Positions 41,021 through 55,769 of a stretch of DNA of 64,000 nucleotides are shown one piece after another. The DNA is from Eledone cirrhosa (taxonomy: Eukaryota): the NCBI GenBank assembly GCA_964016885.1, contig OZ024741.1, forward strand, positions 135,222,001 to 135,286,000, read 5' to 3'. The notes beneath the pieces were generated by a model. The model did no database searches and was not told the origin of the DNA. It saw only the letters and a list, made by a program, of their open reading frames with translations. A program made the position numbers and the translations under genes. Each line of letters opens with the position of its first letter. The first letter of the stretch is position 1.

Positions 41021-43422
41021 AATTATCAAATCAATCCACTAAGTCTATTTATAATAATAGCTGAGAACTGGGAACTGAAAACTGTTTCTTTCAATATAAC
41101 TCATTCTTAAAGGATATCGATACATCCATCCATAGTTCATTCACAGAAATCAATATGACGTTTGCATACTTTATATTATATATGCGAGTCCTGTACCAAA
41201 GAAAATGTGTGCTTAAGCGAACTCATCTCGTAATGTTTCTATGCTTCTTAGCTGAGATAGTTTGTCTGTTTATTAATTTATTTTTTAGCTGAATCAACTG
41301 CTGTTTAGTGATGGATCGTATTATTGTTATTAGTATTTGTTTTTTACCCTCCTAGAAAACTGGCTGCATGTAAGAAATGAATCGACTTAAAAGCAAGAAA
41401 TAATTGTATCATACTGTTTCTTTACAACATAGCTATTACATCGTTCTGTCTTTTTCTTGTCTTGTCTTTGCTGTGTATGTTTTTTTAATTAAACTTTCTC
41501 TCCTCTGTTCTCTTCTTTCTTCTGCAAAAGCTTACACACATATTTAAAACATACATACACACACATATATAAAATCTCTTCCTTCGTCTTTACTATTACT
41601 ACTACCACCACCCCCACTACTACTACGCTGACAACGACCATCACCACAACCACCACCACTACCACTACCACTACTACTACTACAACTGCTGCTGCTGCTG
41701 CTGCTGCTACTACTACTACTACTACTATTACTGCTGCTGCTGCTACTGCTACTACTACTACTACTACTACTACTACTCGTTGTTTTGGATTGCAGAATTA
41801 TGCTTTGAACGCTTCATTCATATTTTGTAGTTGTTCTGGTGCTACTTCATGTTTCGTACCTTTGTTGTGTAGCATGTGTGTTGTATGCTTTGTCAGTTGT
41901 GTTATTTTATCAGGCAGTTATTGTATAGAACGTGTTGCATGTTTTGTCACATATGTATTTTTATTGGGTAGTTATTGTATAGAATATGTGTTGTGTACTT
42001 TGGTAGATGTGTAGAGTATATTGTTGTTATAGGGTAAGGATTGTATATAGTATATGTTGTGTTCTGTTACTGGGTAAAAATTGTTTGGCTATGTGTTGTG
42101 TTATATTATTGGGTAAAGATTGTATATGTATGGGTTTTATTGATTGGGCAATCAGTGAATAGAGTATGTGTTGTGCAGAGAATCTGCTGTTTGAGTTTGT
42201 GCTATAGAATTGAAAGGGCCTTTTAGGTTTGTGCTGATACACACATACAAAAATCATTATTTGACAATTTTTCAGTAACAGGATATAATTCCTCTTATAA
42301 CTATGTCATCATTATCACAAAAGAGATAAACTACGACCTATTGCTGGGTACATATTTTATCAATACCAGTGCAGTAAATCTCAAAATCGAACTCAGTAGG
42401 TTATGATCTCAAACATTATATAGGATTAAATAGAATCTAATTCAGTGTTCAGTTATTTGTGTTAACGACACCGAAACATACTTTTGGTTAATAATTGTAT
42501 TACAACATTTAATATTACATATTATTCATAGGGATCTCTTACTAATTCTCATCATTTCAAATGTGTATATAGAATATAAACGATGTATTGACGGATTTAA
42601 CTTGATATTGAATAGAATATATTTTCGATATCGTTTTGAAGTAACAACGAAAATACAATTTAGATAATAAGAGGAAATATTTATACTATATCATAAAGAT
42701 CGTTGCTATAATAATATTTGCAAGCTGGTTAATGTGTTATTAATTTAGTTAGGTCTAATTGTGCCACGCAAGGCTTCAACTTACAGTGAATAGAAGGTTT
42801 TTGTACAACGAAATAGTAAGGTAGAAGAGTGATTATAGTGGAGAATCTCGATTTCTTTGAATAACTCAAAACCAGCAATGCAGTGAAATATGGACAGGGA
42901 TATATTGAATTGCTAGAGAGGCATGGCATTATGTATGCAAACAAAAGAATAGTAGATTGATGGTTAGTGCTAAAGAATGGCGTTGGTGGAAAGATTGGGA
43001 AGAAGCCAATCTGTTATAAGAGGTAAACAGGCTGTGGTAGTAGTGAGAGAAGAAGCAACAAAAAGATAGCATCAAGAAACAGGAATAAAGATGGCAGACA
43101 AAAATATATCTAAATAAATCCATATCATTAAGGAAAGGGGCCTCCACCGGTCATGACAGGCTATGGAATGTGCACTTATGATTGACTGACTATGAGATTG
43201 CCTCTTCAAACACAAGTCTGGACAGGGCCTTTTAGTGAAAGACGAACAAACACCCATGCATGCAAGTCCACTAGCTTTGTCCAAAGGAAAGGCAAAGGCT
43301 CATACAGTGTGGCAGCAGTGACATCAAAACTAAATTTTTCCAGCTGTCTTGTGCTAGGACACAACGCGCCACTCGATCAGGAAATTGATCTCGCGACTTT
43401 ACGAGAGTTTAAAGAATTGCTT

Positions 43423-43486
<64 letters not shown>

Positions 43487-43487
<1 letters not shown>

Positions 43488-43691
43488 CGAAGGAGTTGTG
43501 GTAAGAAACCAGATGGACCATAACGCACCAGAGTACTCAATACTTAGGGTAGTAGAGTGAGTAATAGGAAAATGTATGACCCCGACGGCAGAGCTCAAGC
43601 CGTTTCGACGGCTATTTCTGGACTAGAAATAGTCCAGAAATAGCCGTCGAAACGGCTTGAGCTATGCCGTCGGGGTTATACATTTTCCTAT
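43487..43691. mobile_element. Reverse-oriented copy of the 28203-28400 palindromic module
   Basis: Unique part is the reverse complement of 28320-28400; palindrome 43564-43691; enclosed by a further IR GAGTTTAAAGAATTGCTTAAATT (43405-43427 / 43712-43734). Confidence 0.85.
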
Positions 43692-44329
43692 ATGTATATA
43701 TATATATAAAGAATTTAAGCAATTCTTTAAACTCTCTCCTAATAGATGTGAGACAAAGTGACATAATTGCTATTGTTGGATCACCATCGGTTCGGGCGGC
43801 CCGTTTTCCATTTGTTTGACCAATAGAACAGCCTGCTCGTGAAATTAACGCGTACATGACTGAGCATTCTACATACACTTGTAGGTCTCAGAGAAATTCT
43901 GTGTGACACAGTGTGACAAAGTTGTTTTTTAAATTTCAGCTGCAACTCATTTTTAACAGCTGACTGGAGTAGTGTGAAATGAAGCGTCACATTCAGACAC
44001 AATATACCGCCGAGAATCGAATTCACAACCTAACCAGTTAGCCAGGCACCATGACGGTATATTGTTTGGAGAAGTAATATTGTAGAGTTGAAGAGAGCTT
44101 CCAGCATTATTAAAGAATGAAGTAGTAGATGTAGACAATGTATAAACATTTCCTTTGATATTTAACAATGTCAAGAATAGCAATTCTTTTGTTACTGCAT
44201 TCGCATCCAGCTTACCTTGTCATTTATAACTCAGCGTTCGGTCTGCCAGACCATTAACACTTCAGCGCTCGGTTTACCTTGCCATTAACACTTCAGCGCT
44301 CGATCTGTCAGACCGTTTACACTTCTTCT

Positions 44330-44700
44330 TCTTCTTCTTGGGAGGATTCTGGGACCAGAGTTTCAGAAGCAACCGCCCCCAAGCGAGACCAGCTGGTCTC
44401 ACGGAAGTTATTGAACCATCATGTTCGAGGTCTACCCCTGGGTCTTTTGCCGGCTGGTTTTGTCCAGCGATTCTTTCCTGAGACATTCTAACCACATCCC
44501 CATAATATCGGAACCCCATTTCGGCCGCTTGTATTCTCGATCGTATTCTTTCGGTTATTACCCAAGATTCATGACTATAGGTAAGGGTGGGCACGAATAG
44601 CGTTTTTAGCTTTTACTCCTACTTCCATTCTTCTGATGACCGAATGCTGAGATTGACGCACTACTGCACCAGCTCCTGCAATTCTTGCACTTAATTCAGC
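44330..44700 (-). pseudogene. RTE-clade LINE 3' fragment with (AAG)n tail
   Basis: PTLTYSHESWVITERIRSRIQAAEMGF...GKRPRGRPRT.W; upstream AELSARIAGAGAV-like segment. Confidence 0.75.
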
Positions 44701-45187
44701 CTCCTACTTTCCATCTCTCGAGAGTTTGATAGTTTAAATACTGGAGAGATAAAAATTATTTGCAAATCTCTTAGTACATTCTTCGAGTAGTGTATCGATT
44801 TTATAAATGTAGGAGTATGATTGATTTTTTTTACAGAAAAAGGTTTTAGTCTATAGCATTCAGTGTTTAATTAAACGGTATACATGTCAAACTTTTAAAT
44901 GAAATTGTTAGACGAAGTAAATAATTGGCATTATAGAAAATATTCTGAAGTTGACATAGGTTGCGTGACAATACAAATCAATTTTTCAGAGTTCATCTCA
45001 TTGATATGGACAGCTATGAAAGTATTCTCACTTTAGGCAATAGGTTGTGTGACAGTACCTTCCTCCTTAGTACTATAACTATAGCATTAATGATCAATTC
45101 TATATTCAAATTGTTAAACACACAGTCTCTGTTGTCATGTTGAGACTTGCCCTTTGGCATTTTAAAAGCCGAAAGCTAATATATACC

Positions 45188-45294
<107 letters not shown>

Positions 45295-47445
45295 TCTAGT
45301 TTCAAATATAATATCTATCTTGATCTGTCAGGTAACTACTATTTTATTTTGAGCTAGTTCCATTTTCACCGGGAATACTGCAAGTTTACTATTCTACAGT
45401 TTTATATGTACCTGCTTATTATTTCTCTTAGTTCTCTTGTATGTATTTCATTCTTCACAAAGTTATAATCTTTGTTTCGAAAGAATATATCACAAGATAC
45501 ATATTTCTCTTTCATCCATCTGTCTCACTATTCTCTAATTTTCATCATGGTTTCTTGGGATGAAGTTTGATGTGAGGTAGTCAGTTGTACTAAACTACCA
45601 TTCTTAGGTGGTTGACTGGCAGAATTGTTTGGGCCTCGGAGGAAATGATTTGCTGTATTTATTGCAGCTATTTAATATTCTGAGTTCAAATCATAACGTG
45701 GTCAACTTTGCTTTTCCGGGGTCGTTAAAATATACACTGGGATCGATGTAACCGACATTCCCTTCCCCAGCTCTCAGATCACTGGCCTTGTGCTTAAATT
45801 AGAAGCCTGTGTAATAACACATTTGCCTGTATTTTTAGCTCCACATTCCTGTGAAAGTTTTAATGTATGATAGTGATACTAAAGTGCCAATCTAGAGTGG
45901 TTGGTTGGTACAGTTGTTAAAGTGGGACACAATGCTTTGCACTATATGTTACGGCCCTTCATGTCCCGACTTCAATTTCCAGACCTTATTACGTAAATAC
46001 GGGGTACCATGTTTAATCTGTATTTGGCTAGTGTTGATAGGTAAGCCTAACAACAGTATATTAATAGGATTTATACAGCAGTAGATAAAAAATCCTGCTT
46101 AATGGAAATTGCTGCCCACATTCTATATTAATTCAAACATAATTATAAGCGGACACTTGAATTGAGTGTGACCCACGAGAGCAGTTCATTGGATGGCTAC
46201 AGGTCGCGCAATGTGTGTAATTTGCAATCATTCGAAGATCTAGATATCCGCGAATATTGTAATTCCGGGGAATTAGAGAAATGCTTATCCTTTTTTTTTT
46301 TACTGCCACTCATTTCTAGTTATGGTTTCCAAACACAGTATAAGTATAAAAACATTTTACATTGTTAAAAGGAACAGAGGGACTGTTTCTGCCTCCATAA
46401 TGTGTTTTAAGGAAGAAAGAAAGGTTCGTGATAAAGGTTTGGTAGCAAAGAAATTATCAATAATGTCTCTTAGGGATTTACCCTGAATAATTATAACCTA
46501 ACCACTGTCCGTCTGGTAAAATGAATAATTCGGTACGAATCTGGAACCAAACGTGCCTGAAAATAGGTGTTGTACTTATGTAGTAGTGGAATCAAAACGA
46601 TTGATCCAATCCAATGACTGATCCATCTATGGCACTTTAACCCATGTTATCAAATCACTTGAACTCGTCATGATTTTATGACACAAAACACTTTATTTCA
46701 AAGTGTTTGTATTTATCTAAAACGTTTCCATAATAGGTTCATGTAATAACCTTTGTTAAATTATGTTCCAAATACTAAATAATGAGAAAGTTAGTCTTAA
46801 TTACTAAATCCTACTGAATTCTCGGTTACTTTGGAAATGTTTTGAAAATCATAAGCAGTTGCTTTCATTGGAAATAATGGTAGAGCTGATGTTAATTCTA
46901 TTAATTCTTCATTTTAAATAGAAACTATAAAAAAAGGATTAATTATGAATTGTTTATGCAGTAAAATAATTTAAGTAGAACCTTCTTTTTTTGTGTTATC
47001 TTTGCATGACTCGTCATGGGAAATCAGTGCTGAGACTGCGTTATTTGGGAGGAATATGCTGCCATGTTTAGTTTAGTTTCATTTCATTGATCATGTAGTT
47101 AATCCATTAATCAGATGGTTAATCAACCAATGAACTAATTATTTAATTGTCAAAGTCCTTTAATCACGAGTTTGTGACCTTATCAATAGCTTATGCTTCT
47201 TATTTCCCCTTTATCCTCATTTATTTAAACTTTCCTCCATATTTGTTTCTGATATTTTCATCTAAGTACATCAATGTTTGCTTTACTTTTATTCCTCTTA
47301 GCGGTAACCTTATGTATACCATCATATTTATTGATTGTTTAGAATAAACCATGTGTATATGAATGTTAACGAACAAATACTTTGATTTTTGTCAGAATAA
47401 AAAATGGTGTCAAATTCTCATTACAGAAATGTTATGGCAATATGT

Positions 47446-47557
<112 letters not shown>

Positions 47558-47846
47558 AATATATATATATACACATATATATATATAATCACATATTATT
47601 TACAATTATATATATCACATTTTAATATACAATTCCGCAACAAAAGAAATTATCTGTACTCTGCTGGGAAATTCCATCTGGAATTTCTTCGTAAGCAATG
47701 GATATGCATATACTGCCTGTGTGTGTGTGCGCGCGCGCGTGTGTGTACAAGTGCGTGTGTATATATAGGTATAATACATTTGTATATATTTATGTATTCA
47801 GGCATATCTTTCTCTCTCTCTCTATCTTTCTCTCTCTCTCTATCTT

Positions 47847-47879
<33 letters not shown>

Positions 47880-47884
47880 ATATA

Positions 47885-47985
<101 letters not shown>

Positions 47986-48023
47986 GTATATAAACATATG
48001 TATATATATATATGTATATAAAC

Positions 48024-48122
<99 letters not shown>

Positions 48123-48124
48123 CG

Positions 48125-48170
<46 letters not shown>

Positions 48171-48171
48171 C

Positions 48172-48206
<35 letters not shown>

Positions 48207-48734
48207 CATATATATATATATATATGTCTGTATGTGTGTGTATTTGTTTGTGTGTGTGTGTGTGTGTTGCTTGAGATATGGATGATAAGAATGTATTGCT
48301 TTAGTTTTTCTTTATTTTTATTAATTTGTAAGAATTTACAGTTAGAAATTTTCTGTCTTTATTTATTCTTTTCTTTCTCGCTGTATATTTTTACCTGTGT
48401 AGATAGGCAATTATTTCTATAAAAAAAAACTCCAAAAACATTTACACTTGGCGAAACCTTCTAACGGTATCAGGTACATTCGTACGATATAATTATATGT
48501 TATATAATGTTAGAGACTACTGGAATTGGTATCTATGGATCCTCAAATAGCATTAGCACCAGATCCGTCTATTAAAAAAAAAAACGCCAAAAACAATTGA
48601 ATTAATGGAGAGAAAGAAGAACGGATATACAAAGGTTACAGATTGAAAAAATTATTGAAAAACGCGAGTGAAACTAGAGCAATTATATATTTGAAATGTG
48701 GAAAGTTGTAGTCGCTACAATGTAGATAACTATA

Positions 48735-49082
48735 ATAATTGTTTCTACTTTTGGCACAAGGCCAGCAATTATCCCAGTGCATTATTGGTACTTTATTTTA
48801 TCGACCCCCGTAAGGATGAAAGGCAAAGTTAACCTAGGCGGGATGTGAACTCAGATAATAAAGGGAAGTAACTCTATGCTTCAAAGCATGTCGTCCGACC
48901 CTCTACCGATACTGCCAATAATAATTGTTTCTACTTTTGGCACAAGGCCAGCAATTATTCCAGTGCATTACTGGTACTTTATTTTATCGACCCAGTAAGG
49001 ATGAAAGGCAAAGTTAACCTCGGTGGGATTAACTGTGCTGCAAAGCATGGCGTCCGACCCTCTACCGATACTGCCAATACTA
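48735..49082 (-). mobile_element. Tandem pair of young SINE family A copies
   Basis: Two near-identical units AATTGTTTCTACTTTTGGCACAAGGCCAGCAATTA...CTCTACCGATACTGCCAATA; the second has an internal deletion. Confidence 0.85.
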
Positions 49083-49764
49083 ATAATTGGTAATTACAAA
49101 TATTTGAATAAAGTAAGTTAATCACGTATAGAGATGGACAAAAAGGACATGTCGTCTTACTACATATTTTTACCATTCCCAGAGGTACTTTGTTCGATTT
49201 AATCAATCATATATACTTATCAATTATTATTATGGTTATCTGCATTGTAGTGACTATATCTTCAAATTTCTTATTATTTCGCAATTAAACTTAACGTTAT
49301 TTACTATTCTATTTGTATTTATGTATTTTTTCTTTGGTGGTTGACCTCGGCCTAGTTGCCTCCCTTGTGTTCAACACCATCATGCATTGACCTTGGTAAT
49401 AGTAATTTTCGATTCTCCTCCCTTGAACTAACGAACGGGGGACTTCCATCAGTTTCGAAGAGGAGTGTCCCAGTTAATCGATGAAAGGAACAGCTTGCTT
49501 ATGAAATTAACGTGCAATCACTGAGCATCCCACAAACACGTATATCCTTAACAGAATTAAGGAGAGTCAGTGTGACACTGCACGTTATAAGGCTGACATT
49601 GGATTACAGATACAGTCCATCTTTTATTAAAGTGTTACAATGCCTGGCTCATTGAAAATAATTTTCCAGCTGAGTGGATTGGAGCAATGTGAAAGATTGT
49701 CTTGGAACATAGATTCCAGAAACACGTGAAACCTTAGGGTAATTCTCAGGAAGATTCATGACGA

Positions 49765-50392
49765 TGCCGCCTATTTACATTACGGGTGGTCACAATGTGG
49801 TGATACAATGCCGACTATTTAAGATACGGGTGGTCACAATGTGGTGATACAATGCCGACTATTTAAGTTACGAGTGGTCACAATCTGGTGATACAATGCC
49901 GACTATTTAAGTTACGAGTGGTCACAATGTGGTGATACAATGCCGACTACTTAAGATACGGGTGGTAACAATGTGGTGATACAATGCCGACTATTTAAGT
50001 TACGAGTGGTCACAATCTGGTGATACAATGCCGACTATTTAAGTTACGAGTGGTCACAATCTGGTGATACAATACCGACTATTTAAGTTACGAGTGGTCA
50101 CAATCTGGTGATACAATGCCGACTATTTAAGTTACGGGTGGTAACAATGTGGTGATACAATGCCGACTATTTAAACTACGGGTGGTAACAATGTGGTGTG
50201 ACAATGTCGACTATTTAAACTACGGGTGGTAACAATGTGGTGTGACAATGTCGACTATTTAAGTTACGGGTGGTAACAATGTGGTGATACAATGCCGACT
50301 ATTTAAACTACGGGTGGTAACAATGTGGTGATACAATGCTGACTATTTAAACTACGGGTGGTAACAATGTGGTGAAACTACGGGTGGTCACA
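49765..50392. repeat. 44-bp minisatellite, ~14 copies (TGCCGACTATTTAAGTTACGRGTGGTMACAATSTGGTGATACAA)
   Basis: TGCCGACT at 49809, 49853 and onward; no spacers; embedded in a minus-strand family B SINE (49720-50530). Confidence 0.95.
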
Positions 50393-50871
50393 CAGTGGGG
50401 TGCAATATATATATTTTTTAACACTTAGTGGACAGCAGCAGTGTAATATACAGAGTTTTGCAGAAAGAGACAACGTGCCGCCACGAATCGAACACATGAG
50501 TTTACCATAACCACTAAACCACCCGCCTTCACACTTTTAGAAATATGGCTTATAAATTAAGATTATATAGCGGAAAGGACAGCTTTCCAAACAATTCAAA
50601 GATTATGTAGTGGAAAGCTTTTAAAGTTGTTTTCCGCTAAGATAAAAGCAGAAAGAACTGGAGTTCAAAACATTGTATATTCTACGGCTGTGAGTTTCGT
50701 TTGATCTACGAGTAAAAGTATGTTTTGATTACGATCTGTACTATTTGCTATCGGATGAACATTGGAAACCGAAAGAAAGCATTGGCATATAAGGATTATA
50801 ACTGATCAATATGTAGTGATGGTGTTTATAAAATTCAGCGAGAAAGGAAATACATACATATATATATATAT

Positions 50872-50949
<78 letters not shown>

Positions 50950-51289
50950 GCTCACACACATATATATATATATATATACATACAGAGAGAAAGAGAGGGG
51001 TGGCGAGAGTGCATTAAAGAAAGATATTTAGATATATATAGATAATGAAGTTGGGTTGTATATTGCTAGGCATAAAAATAACAATATTTAATGGTACAGT
51101 GATTGTGTCCATGTAGTAGAGTCAATTTTCTTGACTGGCATTCTTTAAGTTTCGCCAAAAGCACCGACTAATGATACGATCAACCAAGATTATATGTATA
51201 AAGGTTCCAAATTAGACGTTGAAGGTTCATATCTCCCAAGGTTCATATCAACAAAGATTATATATATATATATATATATGTGTGTGAGC

Positions 51290-51322
<33 letters not shown>

Positions 51323-51609
51323 CACACATGTGTGTATATATGTGTGTGTGTGTATATATATATATATATTCTATGTCTATATTCACATATATATCGCTAT
51401 TTCAGAGCATTTATTCCAATATATATATAAAGAAACAAATAAATATTCTTAAAAAGACTTCAGTTGCATTTTCGATTTCATCTTTTTTCCTTATACACAC
51501 ACACGCAAACACACACATATATATATATTGAAAATATAGAGGACAAAGACAATGGATACAACAACGGAAGGACGGGCAGTAACATTTCGAAATATCATAG
51601 CCACCAGAA

Positions 51610-51790
51610 TAATTGTTTCTACGTTTGGCACAAGGCCAGCAATTACCCAGTACATTACTGCTACTTTATTTTATCGACCCCGTAAGGATGAAAGGCAAAG
51701 TTAACCTCGGCGGGATTTGAACTCAGAATGGCAAGGGCGGTAACTCTATGCGTCAAAGCATGGCGTCCGACCCTCTACCGATACTGCCAA
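51610..51790 (-). mobile_element. Young SINE family A
   Basis: Near-identical to 48735-48920 and to the reverse complement of 55770-55955. Confidence 0.85.
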
Positions 51791-52044
51791 TCAGAATAAT
51801 ATAAATACGAGGGTGAATGTAATCGATTATTAAAACTAGAAGAGTCGGAATATCAAGAGGAAAATAGAATTTAAATGGTACAGGATAGTTAAAACTACTA
51901 TTTGTGCTACACATTGAACGTAGAAGATATACAACATCAATAAATTAAATGAATTCTCAATTTTATACCTTAATGATTGTATGACGTGAATAAGAAGAGA
52001 AAAATTCATAAGGATTCTTATTTATACGTTCTTATTTCATGTAA

Positions 52045-52375
52045 GTGAAGAGGCTTGGTTTTGTGGCAAGGGGGTTCGGCTCACGATCGTAATGTCTGGA
52101 GTTTGTGTCCAAGGGGGCGCGTTGTGTCCATGAGAAAAATACGTTAATTCTCATCGCTCAATTCCTTTCAGGTGGAAACGAATGAGTTCTATCTGTAATT
52201 CAAAGCGCGTGCTTGTCACATACTATGTCGCGCTAAATCTCCCTCAGAATTATATTGAGAGCAGACATTTTTGTGGAATGCTCAGCCACGTACATATTAA
52301 TTTTACGCGCAGAGCCTGCTCCGTATTTCAAATAACTGTAACACTGGTTGTCGGGACCGACGGAGGTTGAACAAC
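52045..52375 (+). mobile_element. Full-length SINE family B flanked by long diverged direct repeats
   Basis: tRNA-like head GGTTCGGCTCACGATCG through tail GACCGACGGAG..GAACAACA; flanks 51903-52044 and 52389-52521 align. Confidence 0.8.
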
Positions 52376-52643
52376 ATTCACTTCACCTTGTGCATATATA
52401 AGATAAACAACTTTAATAAATTAAATAAATGCTCAACTTTATACCTTAATGACTGAATGACGTGAATATGGTAAGAAAAAATCAATAAAGCTTCTTATTT
52501 ATATGCTTTTATTTCGTGTAATTTCCCAACAGATGCAGTTTTGGTTTTGTGTGTTTGTTTGTATGTTTATGCCATTTGCACGACATATTTTAGCGTGTAA
52601 AACATTACTTATCAAATTGGCGTCTCTAGCAATTCTCACAATG

Positions 52644-52875
<232 letters not shown>

Positions 52876-54550
52876 TATATATATAATGTGTGAGTGTTTG
52901 TGTTTAGCTATATATTTTATTACAACCATTCACCATCATTTCGCCTCGTTCTTACATTTCATTTATTTTTGTTCTTGCCATTAGATTGCAAAGTATAAAA
53001 AAAAAAAAATATTTTTTTTCGATGCGATATAGCTTTTATTTCTTTTTAATATGAATATACCATCATTTTCTTCGTCGTTACCAACATCATCACAATTACC
53101 ATCCTCAACTTCCTCATTAAAACCACCGCCACCATCATTATTATTATGCCTATTATTATTATGATTATTATTTGTTTTCATCCGAGAAATGAATTGAATA
53201 AGTATTTATCATAGCTTTATTAATTCAATTTTCTATTGTCCCTTTCTTATGTTGAAGATAGAAATCTCTTCTCCTTAATCTATTAAAGCTGTTTTCGTTA
53301 TTCTCATGAATCATGTCACTTTTCCCCTTTTCAAAAGGATTCTCCATAATGGTTCAACACAAATGGAGCTAATTTTCTGTTAAGTCCTTGAATGAAAAAA
53401 TAAAAAGGATAATTTCTTTATTTTTCAAAGAAATCAATAATGCAACTGGGTAACATATTTTTCAGGCAAATTTCAAAGAATCTTTGTCATGGAAGTTATT
53501 CAAGAATCTTCTGTACGGTTTACGAATAATTGCACTTCAACGTCTTAAGTGGTATTGATTTTTGTTCTTTACTTATGTAGAAGGCCACAGATTTACAAGA
53601 AAAGCAACAAGATCATGCACATTTAAGCATAAATCAAGGGCTTTGCTGGAATATTTACCATATTTCGCGGCGTCAGAGATTCTCCGATGTCATGGATGTT
53701 TTCCCATTTTGGGTTAACTACTGTAAAAAAACAAAAAAAAAACAAAAAAAAAAAACAGAGAAAAATAAGAGACCTATGGCCCTGAGATGCAGGGTAGATT
53801 TTCCAAACTTCATTATCATTGTTTAACGTTCGTTTTCCTTGAATGGAAGGTTTGGATGCATTGTCATAGAGCAAGCCAGTCGGATCCACTGATCTCTCAA
53901 ATGGACCGGGTCCTCATCTAGCTTACACGTTCGAGCACGCAACCCAATACGCCAGGTATTATATAGTGGTACCAGCACTAGACAGGGCGCTATGTCCTTG
54001 ACAAAACTGTGAAGCCCTTTCTTCTCTTTGAAATAGAAAAAAACCCCAGAAAATAAAGGGCTTCTACGCCTGGAAATACGGTTATTAAAAAAAGAATCAC
54101 ATATTTAGAAAACCTAGTGATATCTTCTCTGCGTGGGAAAAGTTTATTTATTTTTCTTTTTGTAAAAATACTTTCTGGCGAAGGACTTTCAATTTGATAC
54201 GTCAACATATTCGTCTCTCAGTAATAAAAACCTACCAATTTCAATGGATAGACTGTTTGCTTTTTCTGAAAACACAACATCCCATTTGTTTTATCAATTT
54301 AAAAGAGTTTTCAGCATGGAGTTGATTGAATAAAATGTTCTATACGATTTCCAATTATTTCATTTCAAGTACTTAAGTAGGATTGATTTCTTTATCTATG
54401 GCTTTGTGATTATGGAGTTTGCTTTAAAACCACGTGATTCTGGGTTCAGTCTCGCTGCTCGGCATCTTAGGCAAGTACCTTCTACTATAGTCTCGTGCCG
54501 ACAATCCCTTTTAAGTGGAGCTTAGTGTACGGAAACTACAAATGTTCGTC

Positions 54551-54587
<37 letters not shown>

Positions 54588-54988
54588 TATATACAAATGA
54601 ATATATGATAGGGATAAACACTGATACGAGTATACATGTGTTCGTATTGCAAATGACCAAGTTAGCTAGATTGAAAAATACTAATTAAAATAATACCATT
54701 TGCCTGTCTCGATTTAAAATAATAAATCAATAAAAACAAACATATATTGGCAAAAGCCGTGATACCTGGACAAATTTAAATTCCAAATTTCAAATTTGTT
54801 TCGCAACAATTAAGTGAAAGTTCCTATTTCTGTGCTCTTCTGCAGGTATCCAGAAATTGGTAAGTTTCACTTCAAAATACTTAGGGATACTGAGAGAAAT
54901 GTGTTTTTTAACGCACATGTGTCACAGTGTCTAGCGCATTCTATACTCGTGCCGCTAAAAATAGCAGCCGGTTTTATGGGACTAAATA

Positions 54989-55486
54989 TTAGCTCAACGC
55001 TTGGAGCCGAGAATATTATATATAGAGTTATAAACTCAAATAGTCTTTTACAATTAATTAGCTCAAAGAAAGGAATATTTCCGAGCCGTGTAATACAAAT
55101 GAATATATGATAGTTTATAACTCTATATATAATATTCTCGGCTCCAAGCGTTGAGCTAATTTTGCTTCTAAGAATATCTATCTTGGTATTTTTTCTTAGA
55201 ACCCCCTTTTGTGACAAAAAATTCCCCATTCCCCTAAATCTGAAATTTCTGCTAGGGATGGAATTAATAGTTCAATAACTCTGAATCTTCTTTGTGACAA
55301 AAAACAAGATCAATGCTGATGTTTCTTCTAAGAAAAAATATCAAGATAGATATTTTTAGAAAACAATCTGTAATTCCTGCTAGGGATGGAATTAGTACCT
55401 CAATCTTCTTTGTGGGAAATAAACAAGGTCAATGTTGATGATCTCTTCAAAGAAAAATACCAAGATAGATATTCTTAGAAGCAAAC
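54989..55486. repeat. Composite of inverted (54989-55036/55113-55160; 55161-55200/55450-55485) and direct (55248-55365/55378-55485) repeats
   Basis: ATTAGCTCAACGCTTGGAGCCGAGAATATTATATATAGAGTTATAAACT and its reverse complement; two TGCTAGGGATGGAATTA...CAAGATAGATATT.TTAGAA units. Confidence 0.85.
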
Positions 55487-55769
55487 TCCCGCCCCGGTCA
55501 ACTCTAAGGTCACCTTGCCTTTCAAACCAATCCTAGCTGGAACTTGTATCCACTCCTCAAAGGGCTACACTCAGCAGCCTGCCAACACCCTCTCCCATCC
55601 CTTTCTCCTCTCCCCTCCTCCCTCTACCCTCTACCCTCTCATACCTGTCATAACCAGGCGAGAAGCAGAGTAGGAGGGACACATAGAAATAACTTCTATG
55701 AAAGAATATGTATGTGAAAATTAATTAATTATTTTCTTCCCCTTTTTATTTTCTTTTCATTGCCTTCAT

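Noticed and set aside
46162-46368. 68-aa ORF in unique sequence (also 37690-37790, 40333-40527, 18940-19090)
   Set aside because: No recognisable domain and no convincing pair of splice sites; such lengths are expected by chance.
49765-50392. 44-bp repeat array as a CRISPR locus
   Set aside because: Units are head-to-tail with no unique spacers, there are no cas genes, and the context is eukaryotic.
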